Source: Bacteroidia bacterium (GTDB taxonomy: Bacteria; Bacteroidota; Bacteroidia; UBA4408). Taken from it: DNA of 64,000 bases. The notes under the pieces were generated by a model. The model saw only the letters and a program-made list of their open reading frames with translations. It had not been told where the DNA came from and ran no database searches. Below, piece by piece: positions 1-8,560 of this stretch. Each line of letters starts with the position of its first letter. Position 1 is the stretch's first letter. The position numbers and the translations under genes were made by a program. The stretch is taken from the NCBI GenBank assembly GCA_014376525.1, contig JACMRI010000001.1:3871-67870 (forward strand), in the 5' to 3' direction.

Positions 1-352
1 ATAAATCGCCTGCATCGTGCATGTCTTCGTCTTCTTCGTGGTAGTACCAGTTTACCGTAAGTTTTATTTGATGGTACAGGCACATATTAGAAAATGCTGT
101 AATTATTTTTAACAAATACTTAGCGCTTGTGGTACTAAAATATTTTAGATTTACCTGCAGTGTTATTGAGTCGTTAGGAGGTTTTACATTGCCCAATTCA
201 TCATTTATCCATGTTATTACAGGGTCGTATATTTTGTGGCTATTTTCGGGTACACTTATACCTTTAATACTGTAAATGTTTGCATTAATATCAAAATGTA
301 TACACGGAGTGTCTTCGGTTTCTTTTAAATACAATTTAGTTGCTGCTTCCAT
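1..352 (-). CDS. DUF1987 / SiaC-like regulatory phosphoprotein (C-terminus runs off left window edge)
   Basis: Hand translation of the minus strand from ATG at 352..350 gives MEAATKLYLKETEDTPCIHFDINANIYSIKGISVPENSHKIYDPVITWINDEL... with no stop before position 1. The TP.IHFD...G.S.PEN....Y.PVI.W pattern resembles the DUF1987 family (P. aeruginosa SiaC has PENSYELFGQVIDW). It is absent from the ORF track, probably because it is truncated at the edge. Confidence 0.55.
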   Translation of the reverse strand, partial: MEAATKLYLKETEDTPCIHFDINANIYSIKGISVPENSHKIYDPVITWINDELGNVKPPNDSITLQVNLKYFSTTSAKYLLKIITAFSNMCLYHQIKLTVNWYYHEEDEDMHDAGDL

Positions 353-380
353 TGTTTATCGTTATTAAATTTTGCTGTTT

Positions 381-3300
381 TTATGCTTCGCTGTTTGTTT
401 TTTTGCCTAAGCGTGCTACCAAATTTTCGGCTCCATCAAGTAACTTTTTTAACACATCAAAATAAAGCATTATTATTAATAATATACTTGTGAACCATAT
501 AATTAATATGTTTGCCCAAAACGTATTTACGGCTACTCCAAATATTATTTTTTGTGGTGCGTAAAAATGCGTGCGTATAAACGATGTGCGCAATGGCGAC
601 TTAAATACTGGGTCGGCTTTTTGTATAAGCATACCCCTTACTTCGGTTATTTTATTGAGGTCATTGCCGTTTTTAACCATATTGCTCACACTTTCGTTGG
701 CGTATTCGTCTTGCATTTTTTGAAATGCTTCACGCCCTCCTGCTGCTTTTTCAAGTTTATATACTACACCATCTTTTTTGTCGCTGGCTTTGTTGTACTG
801 GCGCATATAGTGTTTGCCTAATTGTGCCGATAGTATCCGTAGGTCTTGTATAAGTGCTTTGTTAAAATTTGCGGGTTTTATGTTAGCTAACTTTTTGTAA
901 GTTACCTCGGTGTTGTTTTCTAACTCGTAGGTAAGTTCATTTTTAAGTAAAAGTACATCTTGCTCAAACTCGGCTACTGGCGTATGTTTCATATTCACAT
1001 AGTTTTCGCACTTATCTATTTTTTTGTCTATTTCTTTTATCCAATAATCTTTTTTAAACTGAGCTTCGCTCATTTGTTTGTCAAATTTGTAAAACTGAGC
1101 TTCAAATTTATTATTGGCAAATTGATTAACTGCCAATGCCTCAAACGCCCAGCGTGAGGTCATTATATCACCCGCAAACGGCACATTGTTTTGGGAAGTA
1201 ATAGCAGGATTTAGTTTTTCAAACTTAACAATAACACCACTTAATAATATTTGAGGTATTATTAAAAAAGGAATAAGTATATAAATAGTAACCGCCGAAT
1301 TAAATGTTGCCGATATGTTCAATCCCAACAAATTAGCCCAACACGAGGTAGTAAATAGTATTAAAAAATAATCCCAAAACATACCTTGCACGCCCAATAT
1401 ACCATTACCAATAAGTATAAACGACGTTGTTTGTATTGCCGATAGCGCAAACATTATCATTATTTTGGATAATAAATAACTTCCCTTACTTAGATTTAGG
1501 AACGACTCTCGTTTTAGTATTTTTCTATCTCTAATTATTTCTTCGGCACTTACCGTTAAGCCTATAAATAATGCTACTACCACTGCCATAAATAAGTATG
1601 CTGGCATATTTTCATTTTCACGAAATATGTAGCCTACTTTGTTGTTTACATCAATATCATAATAGCGTATTAAATACCCTAATATGGTTGCTAACAAAGG
1701 GGCTTCGAGCAAGTTGATGGCTATGTACTGCGTGTTGGTTAGTTTTGACTTAACATCACGTGTAATAAATATTATTAACTGATTAAAAAAATTAGGTATT
1801 TTAAATGTGCTTTTGGGCGCATCGGTTTCTATTTTTATGTTTTTGTTGGTAAAGTCGGGGCGTGTTAAGTAATGTTCGTTCCATTCGCTTGGCTTATACT
1901 TGCGCTTGCGTGTAGGATTGCCATATTCGTCCACTACCTTGGTTTCTATAATATTAAATATCTGTTCAGTATTAACGTTACCACACGTATTACATTCACT
2001 TTCATCGGCATTTACTTGGTTGGCCAATCGTTTAAAATAACTAACTGCATCAACAGGATTGGCGTAGTAAATAGGAAAACCGCCTACGTCCAAAATCATC
2101 AATTTATCAAACATTTTAAATATGTCGGACGAAGGCTGATGTATAACCACAAATATTAATTTTCCTTTGAGAGCAAGTTCCTTAAGTAAGTCCATAATGT
2201 TTTCAGAATCGCGCGATGATAAACCTGATGTTGGTTCATCAACAAACATTACTGCGGGCTCACGTATCAATTCTAGTGCTATGTTTAAGCGCTTGCGCTG
2301 ACCGCCCGATATTGTTTTTTCTAGCGGACTACCTACTTTTAAATTACGAGTTTCGTACAATCCCAAATCGTTTAATGTGCCGTGTACTATCTCTGTTATT
2401 TGTTCGTCGCTGTATCCATCAAAACATAATTTGGCATTAAAAAATAAGTTTTCAAACACTGTTAATTCTTCAATTAACAAATCGTCTTGAGACACAAATC
2501 CTATAACCCCTTCTAACTTTTCTTTTTGTGTATGTAGGTTTATGTTGTTGATTAATACTGCTCCGCTTGATGGGGTTTCGTTACCATTAAGCACGTTAAG
2601 CAATGTGGACTTACCTGCCCCCGAACCGCCCATTATTCCTATTAATTTGCCACTTTCTTCGGCAAAGTTTAATGGGTGTAAACCTGTTTTTCCGTTTTTA
2701 AATTTGTACTGTAATTCGTCGGCCACAAATGATATTCCTGCTGATGAATTATCTTTTAAATAACGAGAAATAATATCGCTGTAATAAATTGGTTGTGTTT
2801 TGCTACTGCGTAATGATGAGCCTTGCGTAAGAACATACACACGTGTTGGCAATATGTTGGTACCGTTCAAAAACAACTCGGCACTACCATACAAGCGCAA
2901 CACATACATACCTATGCTAGAAAAGTTTAATATACGTACACTACCCTGCAAGCCCTCTATATATAAGTGTTTGCTTAATTGTAGTTCGTTGTTTTTAATA
3001 CTGTTAATAATTAATTGTTGGTCAATATCATCAACATTAATTGTGGCAGGATTGCTAAATTTGTTTAATCTTTTATACTCTTCTTCGTCAATGTTAAAAG
3101 TAAGTGCAACAGTTTCAACAAACTCTAATTCTTGCTCGGTGACTGATTCATTTATAAATATAAATTCGAGCAAACGTATTACCACAATAAACTTTTGGCG
3201 TTGCTCCAACTCGGCATTTATGTCTGTACATATTTTTAGTACCTTAACAGAGCTCGATGATGTACGTTTGCGTTTTTTTTCGCCATCGCCACCACCTTGA

Positions 3301-3476
3301 AATTTCTCCAATTGCTCGTCGAACAATCGCAAATACTCTAATACTAACTCCGAGTTAAGTTGTTGGCGTAGGAATAATTCTACCAGTTTACGTCCTTCTA
3401 CAAACGTTCCACCGTCGTCGCTACGTGCTATGATAGCGAACAATTGCATTAGGGCTTTTAATATTTTTTCACTCAT
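381..3476 (-). CDS. Fused ABC transporter ATP-binding/permease protein (ABCG/White-type, ABC-2 membrane domain) with ~270-aa N-terminal extension (TerB-like helical repeats, possible FHA-like segment)
   Basis: Walker A GIMGGSGAGKSTLLNVLNG, ABC signature SGGQRKRLNIALEL and Walker B VMFVDEPTSGLSSRD are present, followed by ~6 TM helices (ABC2_membrane-like). Two TerB-like helical segments sit at the N-terminus (LFAIIARSDDGGTFVEGRKLVELFL; FIVVIRLLEFIFINESVTEQELEFVET). The segment before the ATPase contains an LNGTNI...LTQGSSL motif reminiscent of FHA domains. Confidence 0.8.
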   Translation of the reverse strand: MSEKILKALMQLFAIIARSDDGGTFVEGRKLVELFLRQQLNSELVLEYLRLFDEQLEKFQGGGDGEKKRKRTSSSSVKVLKICTDINAELEQRQKFIVVIRLLEFIFINESVTEQELEFVETVALTFNIDEEEYKRLNKFSNPATINVDDIDQQLIINSIKNNELQLSKHLYIEGLQGSVRILNFSSIGMYVLRLYGSAELFLNGTNILPTRVYVLTQGSSLRSSKTQPIYYSDIISRYLKDNSSAGISFVADELQYKFKNGKTGLHPLNFAEESGKLIGIMGGSGAGKSTLLNVLNGNETPSSGAVLINNINLHTQKEKLEGVIGFVSQDDLLIEELTVFENLFFNAKLCFDGYSDEQITEIVHGTLNDLGLYETRNLKVGSPLEKTISGGQRKRLNIALELIREPAVMFVDEPTSGLSSRDSENIMDLLKELALKGKLIFVVIHQPSSDIFKMFDKLMILDVGGFPIYYANPVDAVSYFKRLANQVNADESECNTCGNVNTEQIFNIIETKVVDEYGNPTRKRKYKPSEWNEHYLTRPDFTNKNIKIETDAPKSTFKIPNFFNQLIIFITRDVKSKLTNTQYIAINLLEAPLLATILGYLIRYYDIDVNNKVGYIFRENENMPAYLFMAVVVALFIGLTVSAEEIIRDRKILKRESFLNLSKGSYLLSKIMIMFALSAIQTTSFILIGNGILGVQGMFWDYFLILFTTSCWANLLGLNISATFNSAVTIYILIPFLIIPQILLSGVIVKFEKLNPAITSQNNVPFAGDIMTSRWAFEALAVNQFANNKFEAQFYKFDKQMSEAQFKKDYWIKEIDKKIDKCENYVNMKHTPVAEFEQDVLLLKNELTYELENNTEVTYKKLANIKPANFNKALIQDLRILSAQLGKHYMRQYNKASDKKDGVVYKLEKAAGGREAFQKMQDEYANESVSNMVKNGNDLNKITEVRGMLIQKADPVFKSPLRTSFIRTHFYAPQKIIFGVAVNTFWANILIIWFTSILLIIMLYFDVLKKLLDGAENLVARLGKKTNSEA

Positions 3477-3514
3477 GTTTTTTAGTTATATAGTGTAATG
3501 TTATATTTGAAATT

Positions 3515-4243
3515 TTAAGAATTATGCAATTTGAAATTTTGTCCTAAATATACTTTGCGCACTTGTTCATCGGCAGCTAGCTCTTCAGGAGTACCGTGTT
3601 TAAGTATTTTACCTTCAAATAATAAGTAGGCTCTATCTACTAACGCAAGGGTTTCGTGTACGTTGTGGTCAGTAATTAATATGCCTATGTTGCGCTCTTT
3701 TAGTTTACTTACTATAGTTTGAATGTCCTCTACCGCAATAGGATCAACTCCTGCAAAGGGTTCGTCCAATAGTATAAATTTAGGATCAACCGCCAAGGCA
3801 CGTGCTATTTCGGTACGGCGACGTTCGCCACCGCTCAAAAAATCGCCTCTATTGGTGCGTATGTGCTGTAGGCTAAATTCGTTTAATAATTGTTCTAGTT
3901 TTTCGTTGCGCTGTTTTTTGTTAAGGTCTGTAAATTCTAAGGCTGCCATAATATTATCTTCAACACTCAACTTACGAAATACGCTTGCTTCCTGCGCCAA
4001 ATAACCCACACCCAGCTTTGCACGCTTATACATAGCCATGTGTGTAATGTCTTTATCGTCCAAAAAAACTTTGCCCTCGTTGGGTGTAACCAAGCCTACC
4101 GTCATATAAAAAGTTGTGGTTTTGCCAGCGCCATTTGGCCCAAGTAAACCCACAACTTCTCCCTGCTTTACATTAACTGATACGTTATTTACCACGTATC
4201 GGTTTTTATATTTTTTAACTAAGTTTTCAGCGCGTAACTCCAT
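3515..4243 (-). CDS. lptB: Lipopolysaccharide export ABC transporter ATP-binding protein LptB
   Basis: 242 aa. [16 protein letters not shown] Walker [16 protein letters not shown] signature and [12 protein letters not shown] Walker B. The overall LptB-like N-terminus is [18 protein letters not shown]. Confidence 0.85.
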   Translation of the reverse strand: MELRAENLVKKYKNRYVVNNVSVNVKQGEVVGLLGPNGAGKTTTFYMTVGLVTPNEGKVFLDDKDITHMAMYKRAKLGVGYLAQEASVFRKLSVEDNIMAALEFTDLNKKQRNEKLEQLLNEFSLQHIRTNRGDFLSGGERRRTEIARALAVDPKFILLDEPFAGVDPIAVEDIQTIVSKLKERNIGILITDHNVHETLALVDRAYLLFEGKILKHGTPEELAADEQVRKVYLGQNFKLHNS

Positions 4244-4810
4244 GTTGCGAAGTTAAGATAAAAAGTTAATTTTTAAACTACTTATTTACTTTCTTTAACT
4301 GTCATATCTATAGTCTTATCACTTGCCAAAATAGTAATTTTATGGCTATTTTGGCTCTAAGTAGGGTCTATGGTTATGTTGTATTTATTTGAAAATATAA
4401 ATATTTATTGTATGGCACCTAATCATTTTTTTATACTGTAAGAATATTGCAAAACATATTACATTAATTTTACTGCTGTTTTTAGGTTTTACAATAGAAC
4501 TCTTTACTCATTTACGAGTATCAATTATTTGGTTAAGCTGTTTCATTTTACAAATACACTCTTTTTTTAGTAAAAATTGTTTTTAAAAAATCATTTTAGC
4601 TTTTTTCTTCAGTAATAATATGAACTTTAACAATATTGTAACAGTCCAAATGTTTTATAACTGATTAACTAATCTTTATTTATGCTTTGGGGGCTGAAAG
4701 AGTCAAGAGCTTATGTAATACAATACGAATATGGTTTTCGGTTCTACTACCGCATTAGGAAGTATTTTTGAATATTTAATAAAAATTAATATTAAAATGT
4801 AAGACGCTAA

Positions 4811-6148
4811 CTATCTATTAAACGTAAGCGCTTTACCTTTACTTTTTTCAGTTATTGTGCCATTGTTATACACCATATTACCATTTACAAATGTGTATAT
4901 AACGCTTGCTTTAAAAGTATAGTCAGTAAACGGACTCCAACCACATTTGCTAAGTATGTTTTGTGGTGTAACGGTGTAAGGTTTATTTAAGTTTACCAAA
5001 GTCAAATCAGCATAATAGCCCTTGCGCAAGTAGCCACGTTTAATTATTTGAAACAAGTCTGCCATATTATGACACATTTTTTGCGCTATCATTTCCAATG
5101 ATATTTTGCCTTCACTGTGTTTTTGTAACATAGCTTGTAAGGCGTGTTGCACCAACGGTCCGCCACTTGGGGCTTGTAGGTAAGGTTGTTGCTTTTCGTG
5201 CAGGGTATGTGGTGCGTGGTCGGTAGCTATTACATCTATATTACCGTTGTATAATCCTTGCCATATTGCGGTTTTATCGTGGATAGTTTTTATTGCAGGA
5301 TTCCATTTTATAAAATTACCTTTTGTAGTATAATCCGTATCATCAAACCATAAATGATGTATGCAGGCTTCGGCTGTAATGCGTTTGGTAGTAAGCGGTT
5401 CGGTGGTAAATAAATCTACCTCTTTAGCACTTGATATATGTAGTATGTGCAAGCGAGTATCATATTTTTTTGCTAATGCTACGGCTTTACTCGATGATGC
5501 GTAACAGGCTTCAGCAGAGCGTATAATAGGGTGTTGGCTTACTGGTATAGCATCGCCAAAAGTAGCTATGGCATGTTGTAAGTTTCGTTTTACGGTTGCT
5601 TCATCTTCGCAGTGCGTGGCTATTATAGTTTTGGCTTGTTTAAATATTTTAGAAAGTACTTCGTCATTATCTACCAGCATATTGCCAGTGCTACTTCCCA
5701 TAAATATTTTTATGCCACACACATTTTTTATATCCGTGGCTAATATCTCATCTAAATTATCATTACTAGCACCCATAAAAAAAGAATAGTTAGCTAGCGA
5801 CACTTGCGCAGCTCTATCCATTTTTTGTTGCAATAACTCTTGTGTAAGTGTAGCTGGGTTGGTATTGGGCATTTCCATAAAGCTAGTAATACCTCCTGCT
5901 ATTGCGGCTTTAGCTTCAGTATAAATTTCTCCTTTGTGGGTTAAACCAGGTTCTCTAAAATGCACTTGATCATCAATAATACCAGGAAAAACATGCAAGC
6001 CAGTAGCATTTATTAGTTCTATGTTGGCATCGTTTATAAGCACGTCTGGCGGTAATATATCCGTTATTATATCGTTGGTAATAATAATAGTTTTAGGTGC
6101 TACTATACCATCATTTACAAGCTTTCCGTTAATTATTGCTTTAGTCAT
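4811..6148 (-). CDS. pyrC: Dihydroorotase (multifunctional-complex type amidohydrolase)
   Basis: 445 aa. The DDQVHFREPGLTHKGE metal-binding motif (D-x-HVH-x-R-x-PG) is typical of class I dihydroorotase/allantoinase-family amidohydrolases. A C-terminal HxH..D.AP.H region is present (ATDHAPH). Confidence 0.7.
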   Translation of the reverse strand: MTKAIINGKLVNDGIVAPKTIIITNDIITDILPPDVLINDANIELINATGLHVFPGIIDDQVHFREPGLTHKGEIYTEAKAAIAGGITSFMEMPNTNPATLTQELLQQKMDRAAQVSLANYSFFMGASNDNLDEILATDIKNVCGIKIFMGSSTGNMLVDNDEVLSKIFKQAKTIIATHCEDEATVKRNLQHAIATFGDAIPVSQHPIIRSAEACYASSSKAVALAKKYDTRLHILHISSAKEVDLFTTEPLTTKRITAEACIHHLWFDDTDYTTKGNFIKWNPAIKTIHDKTAIWQGLYNGNIDVIATDHAPHTLHEKQQPYLQAPSGGPLVQHALQAMLQKHSEGKISLEMIAQKMCHNMADLFQIIKRGYLRKGYYADLTLVNLNKPYTVTPQNILSKCGWSPFTDYTFKASVIYTFVNGNMVYNNGTITEKSKGKALTFNR

Positions 6149-6173
6149 GGAGTTTTTTTTAGCCTTTATTGTT

Positions 6174-7196
6174 TTATTCTACTATGGTTTCTATTATTGT
6201 AAGTAATTCGTCTTCAATGTGCATTTTATGTAAGTCTTCGCCAATAAATACAATTACGTTTTTGCGTTCTTCGGCAGTTTTCCATACTGGTCCATAATCC
6301 AACATATAATTATCGTGTATGGCTTGAAATACCAATTTCTTATCTTCATTTTCAATACTGAATATACCCTTAGCTCGGTATATTTTATCACCATTGTTAG
6401 TAAGAAAATTAAACAACCAACGGTCTAGCAATACTGGGTTTATGTGTGGTGTATCTAATGCAATACTTTTGCTAGATATGCTAAATTTATTGGTTTGCGA
6501 AGCTATTGCCGATGGTGTATTAAGCGCAGCCATTGATGGCTTTAGTGTACTAAAATTTATTTTACTTGTAGTTAACTTTTCTACTGCACTTAGTGTAAAG
6601 GCATTGAGCGTAAGTAGTGTTTCGTAGCTATTGAATGCTGCGGTTGTAACTATTTTACAATCGTTATTTATACGTGTAATACTTTGGATTACTTTTTTTA
6701 ATTCATCAGTAGATAATGCCTCCGTTTTACTTATAAGCACCACATTGGCATATGCTATTTGCTTGGCATATAACGGCACTGCCGATAAATGTAGGGCATG
6801 ATTTAGTGCATCTACTACCGTTACAATGGCATTTATTTTAAAACTAAGTTGTACATTGGTGTTTTCTAGCAAATTATTTAAAATTACACCAGGCTCGGCA
6901 AGCCCAGTGGTTTCTACTATTATGTGCTTGGGTATGTGTTTTTCCCCTTTATCAAATACAGTAAAAAGGGCTTCCTGAAAATCGTTATTGAGTGAGCAAC
7001 ACACACAACCATTTTTGAGTTCTATAAGGTTGTTAGTGTTTAGTAATTCAGTGTCTATGCTTGTTTCGGCGTATTCGTTTTCTATCACAAATATATCGTT
7101 GGTTGCTTGTGTATTGAGTATTTGGTTGAGTACAGTAGTTTTTCCTGCCCCCAAAAAACCAGTAAGTATAGTTATGGGTATTCTGTTTTTTAGCAT
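6174..7196 (-). CDS. CobW/HypB/UreG-family (COG0523) GTPase, putative metallochaperone
   Basis: N-terminal P-loop ILTGFLGAGKTTVLNQIL and a CVCCS CxCC motif, followed by ETTGLAEP. This is the G3E-family COG0523 architecture. A C-terminal CobW_C-like domain is present. Confidence 0.75.
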   Translation of the reverse strand: MLKNRIPITILTGFLGAGKTTVLNQILNTQATNDIFVIENEYAETSIDTELLNTNNLIELKNGCVCCSLNNDFQEALFTVFDKGEKHIPKHIIVETTGLAEPGVILNNLLENTNVQLSFKINAIVTVVDALNHALHLSAVPLYAKQIAYANVVLISKTEALSTDELKKVIQSITRINNDCKIVTTAAFNSYETLLTLNAFTLSAVEKLTTSKINFSTLKPSMAALNTPSAIASQTNKFSISSKSIALDTPHINPVLLDRWLFNFLTNNGDKIYRAKGIFSIENEDKKLVFQAIHDNYMLDYGPVWKTAEERKNVIVFIGEDLHKMHIEDELLTIIETIVE

Positions 7197-7198
7197 AA

Positions 7199-8197
7199 TT
7201 AGTGTACGTTGTTTTTGTATATAAATTCTACTTTTTCGGTGCTTAATTTTACATTTCGCACATAGCTAGGTTGTTTGTTAAGCAATAGTTTTAGCTTATT
7301 GTTATAGTTTGATTTGATATTATTTTCACTAATTGATACTTGTGCATAATCGGCTATTAATGAAAAATCGGTAGCTGTTACTTGTTTGAATTTTGACAGT
7401 GGAACTAAGCACGTAATTGGTACTTTATCGGGAAATGTTTTTATTGTTTTTTTATCGGGTATGTTAGTTACTTGCACAGGTAGTGTAAATTTGGCTTCGG
7501 TAAATTCTTCTATTATTATACTTACATATACTTTTTGCACGTTGGCGGATATGTTTTTAATTCCTTCAGGTAGCTTTATAGCTAGGGTTTGCGCTACATT
7601 GGCTTGTAAGTTTTTTTGTGTAAAATTTTCGGTGCTTACTTCTTTAATAGTGCTTAATGCTATACTATCGCCGAATAGCTCAAGCGTTTTGGGCTGAATA
7701 GTAATAGGCTCAGTTATAAAAAACTTAGGAGCATAACTGAGCAATGCACTAAATTTTATGGGTACTCGTTTGCTGTGTTTTTTGCGCAGTGTAAAGTGTA
7801 TTGCATTGGGTTGTATACGTATAATACTTAAACCGTAAGGTATTTGGGCGTTAATACTACTTATGTATGGTTCGCTATTTAGGTTTAATTCTATTTCATT
7901 AGTGGTTTTTAATAGTTTGGTTAAATACATTGTTATTGGTGTATGTTCGTTTATGAAATTAGACCTTAACAAATTAAAACCCGAACCTTTCACTTCTATT
8001 TGTATTATGTCGGTTTCATTAGTATTTAGTAAATAATTATTTTGTTCGTTAATAAATGTAACCGGGAAACTCAATTGAGTAATGTAGGTTTTACCCAATA
8101 TTACAAGCAACCATGCCATTATAGCAAGTAATGTACATAGAGCAAATGCACCAAACCGTTTGCGATTTTTTAGGAAATTAATTATGTTTTGTATCAT
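7199..8197 (-). CDS. YbbR-like domain-containing protein (CdaR-like)
   Basis: 332 aa. A single N-terminal TM helix (FGAFALCTLLAIMAWLLVILG) is followed by repeated beta-rich YbbR-type modules. The overall size and architecture match YbbR/CdaR proteins. Confidence 0.55.
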   Translation of the reverse strand: MIQNIINFLKNRKRFGAFALCTLLAIMAWLLVILGKTYITQLSFPVTFINEQNNYLLNTNETDIIQIEVKGSGFNLLRSNFINEHTPITMYLTKLLKTTNEIELNLNSEPYISSINAQIPYGLSIIRIQPNAIHFTLRKKHSKRVPIKFSALLSYAPKFFITEPITIQPKTLELFGDSIALSTIKEVSTENFTQKNLQANVAQTLAIKLPEGIKNISANVQKVYVSIIIEEFTEAKFTLPVQVTNIPDKKTIKTFPDKVPITCLVPLSKFKQVTATDFSLIADYAQVSISENNIKSNYNNKLKLLLNKQPSYVRNVKLSTEKVEFIYKNNVH

Positions 8198-8305
8198 TAT
8201 TTACTTAAGGAGTATTCTTCAAAAATACACATTATTGCTTGCATAATTTAAAACAAAAAAACAGTTAAAACATTATGTTTTAACTGTTTTTTTGTTGCTT
8301 TTAAG

Positions 8306-8385
8306 TGCGGATGAAGGGACTCGAACCCCCACGCTTGCGCACCAGATCCTAAGTCTGGCTCGGCTACCAATTACGACACATCCGC
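8306..8385 (-). tRNA. tRNA-Leu (anticodon UAG)
   Basis: The minus-strand sequence GCGGATG-TG-TCG-TAATTGGTAGC-CGA-G-CCAGA-CTTAGGA-TCTGG-TGCGCAAGCGT-GGGGG-TTCGAGT-CCCTT-CATCCGC-A folds as a cloverleaf. It has a 7-bp acceptor stem, a GG-containing D-loop and a 5-bp anticodon stem with loop CU-UAG-GA. U33 precedes the anticodon and a purine follows it. There is an 11-nt variable arm and a T-loop TTCGAGT. No CCA is encoded. Confidence 0.75.
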
Positions 8386-8560
8386 ATTGTAAATAAGTAA
8401 TTGTTCTGCAAATATAATTATTTTTTGAACTTATACTGTAAAAAAATAAAAATCTTGACTTGGTTGCCTATTTATTGAATATTGAGGAGTTATAATTTTA
8501 TGTATTTTACTTATAAATGTGTATTAAATAATTGTAAGTTTGTATAAACCAAGGTATTAA

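Noticed and set aside
552-3300. Several plus-strand ORFs (552..821, 960..1157, 1872..2159, 2216..2440, 2542..2763, 2800..3300) inside the large minus-strand ABC transporter gene
   Set aside because: They lie entirely antisense to a gene with unmistakable Walker A/B and ABC-signature motifs. They are low-complexity and hydrophobic with no motifs, as expected of antisense read-through in AT-rich DNA.
8200-8560. Possible integrated mobile element at the tRNA-Leu gene
   Set aside because: tRNA 3' ends are common integration sites. No integrase, excisionase, transposase or direct repeat of the tRNA 3' end is seen on either side. The flanking genes are housekeeping.
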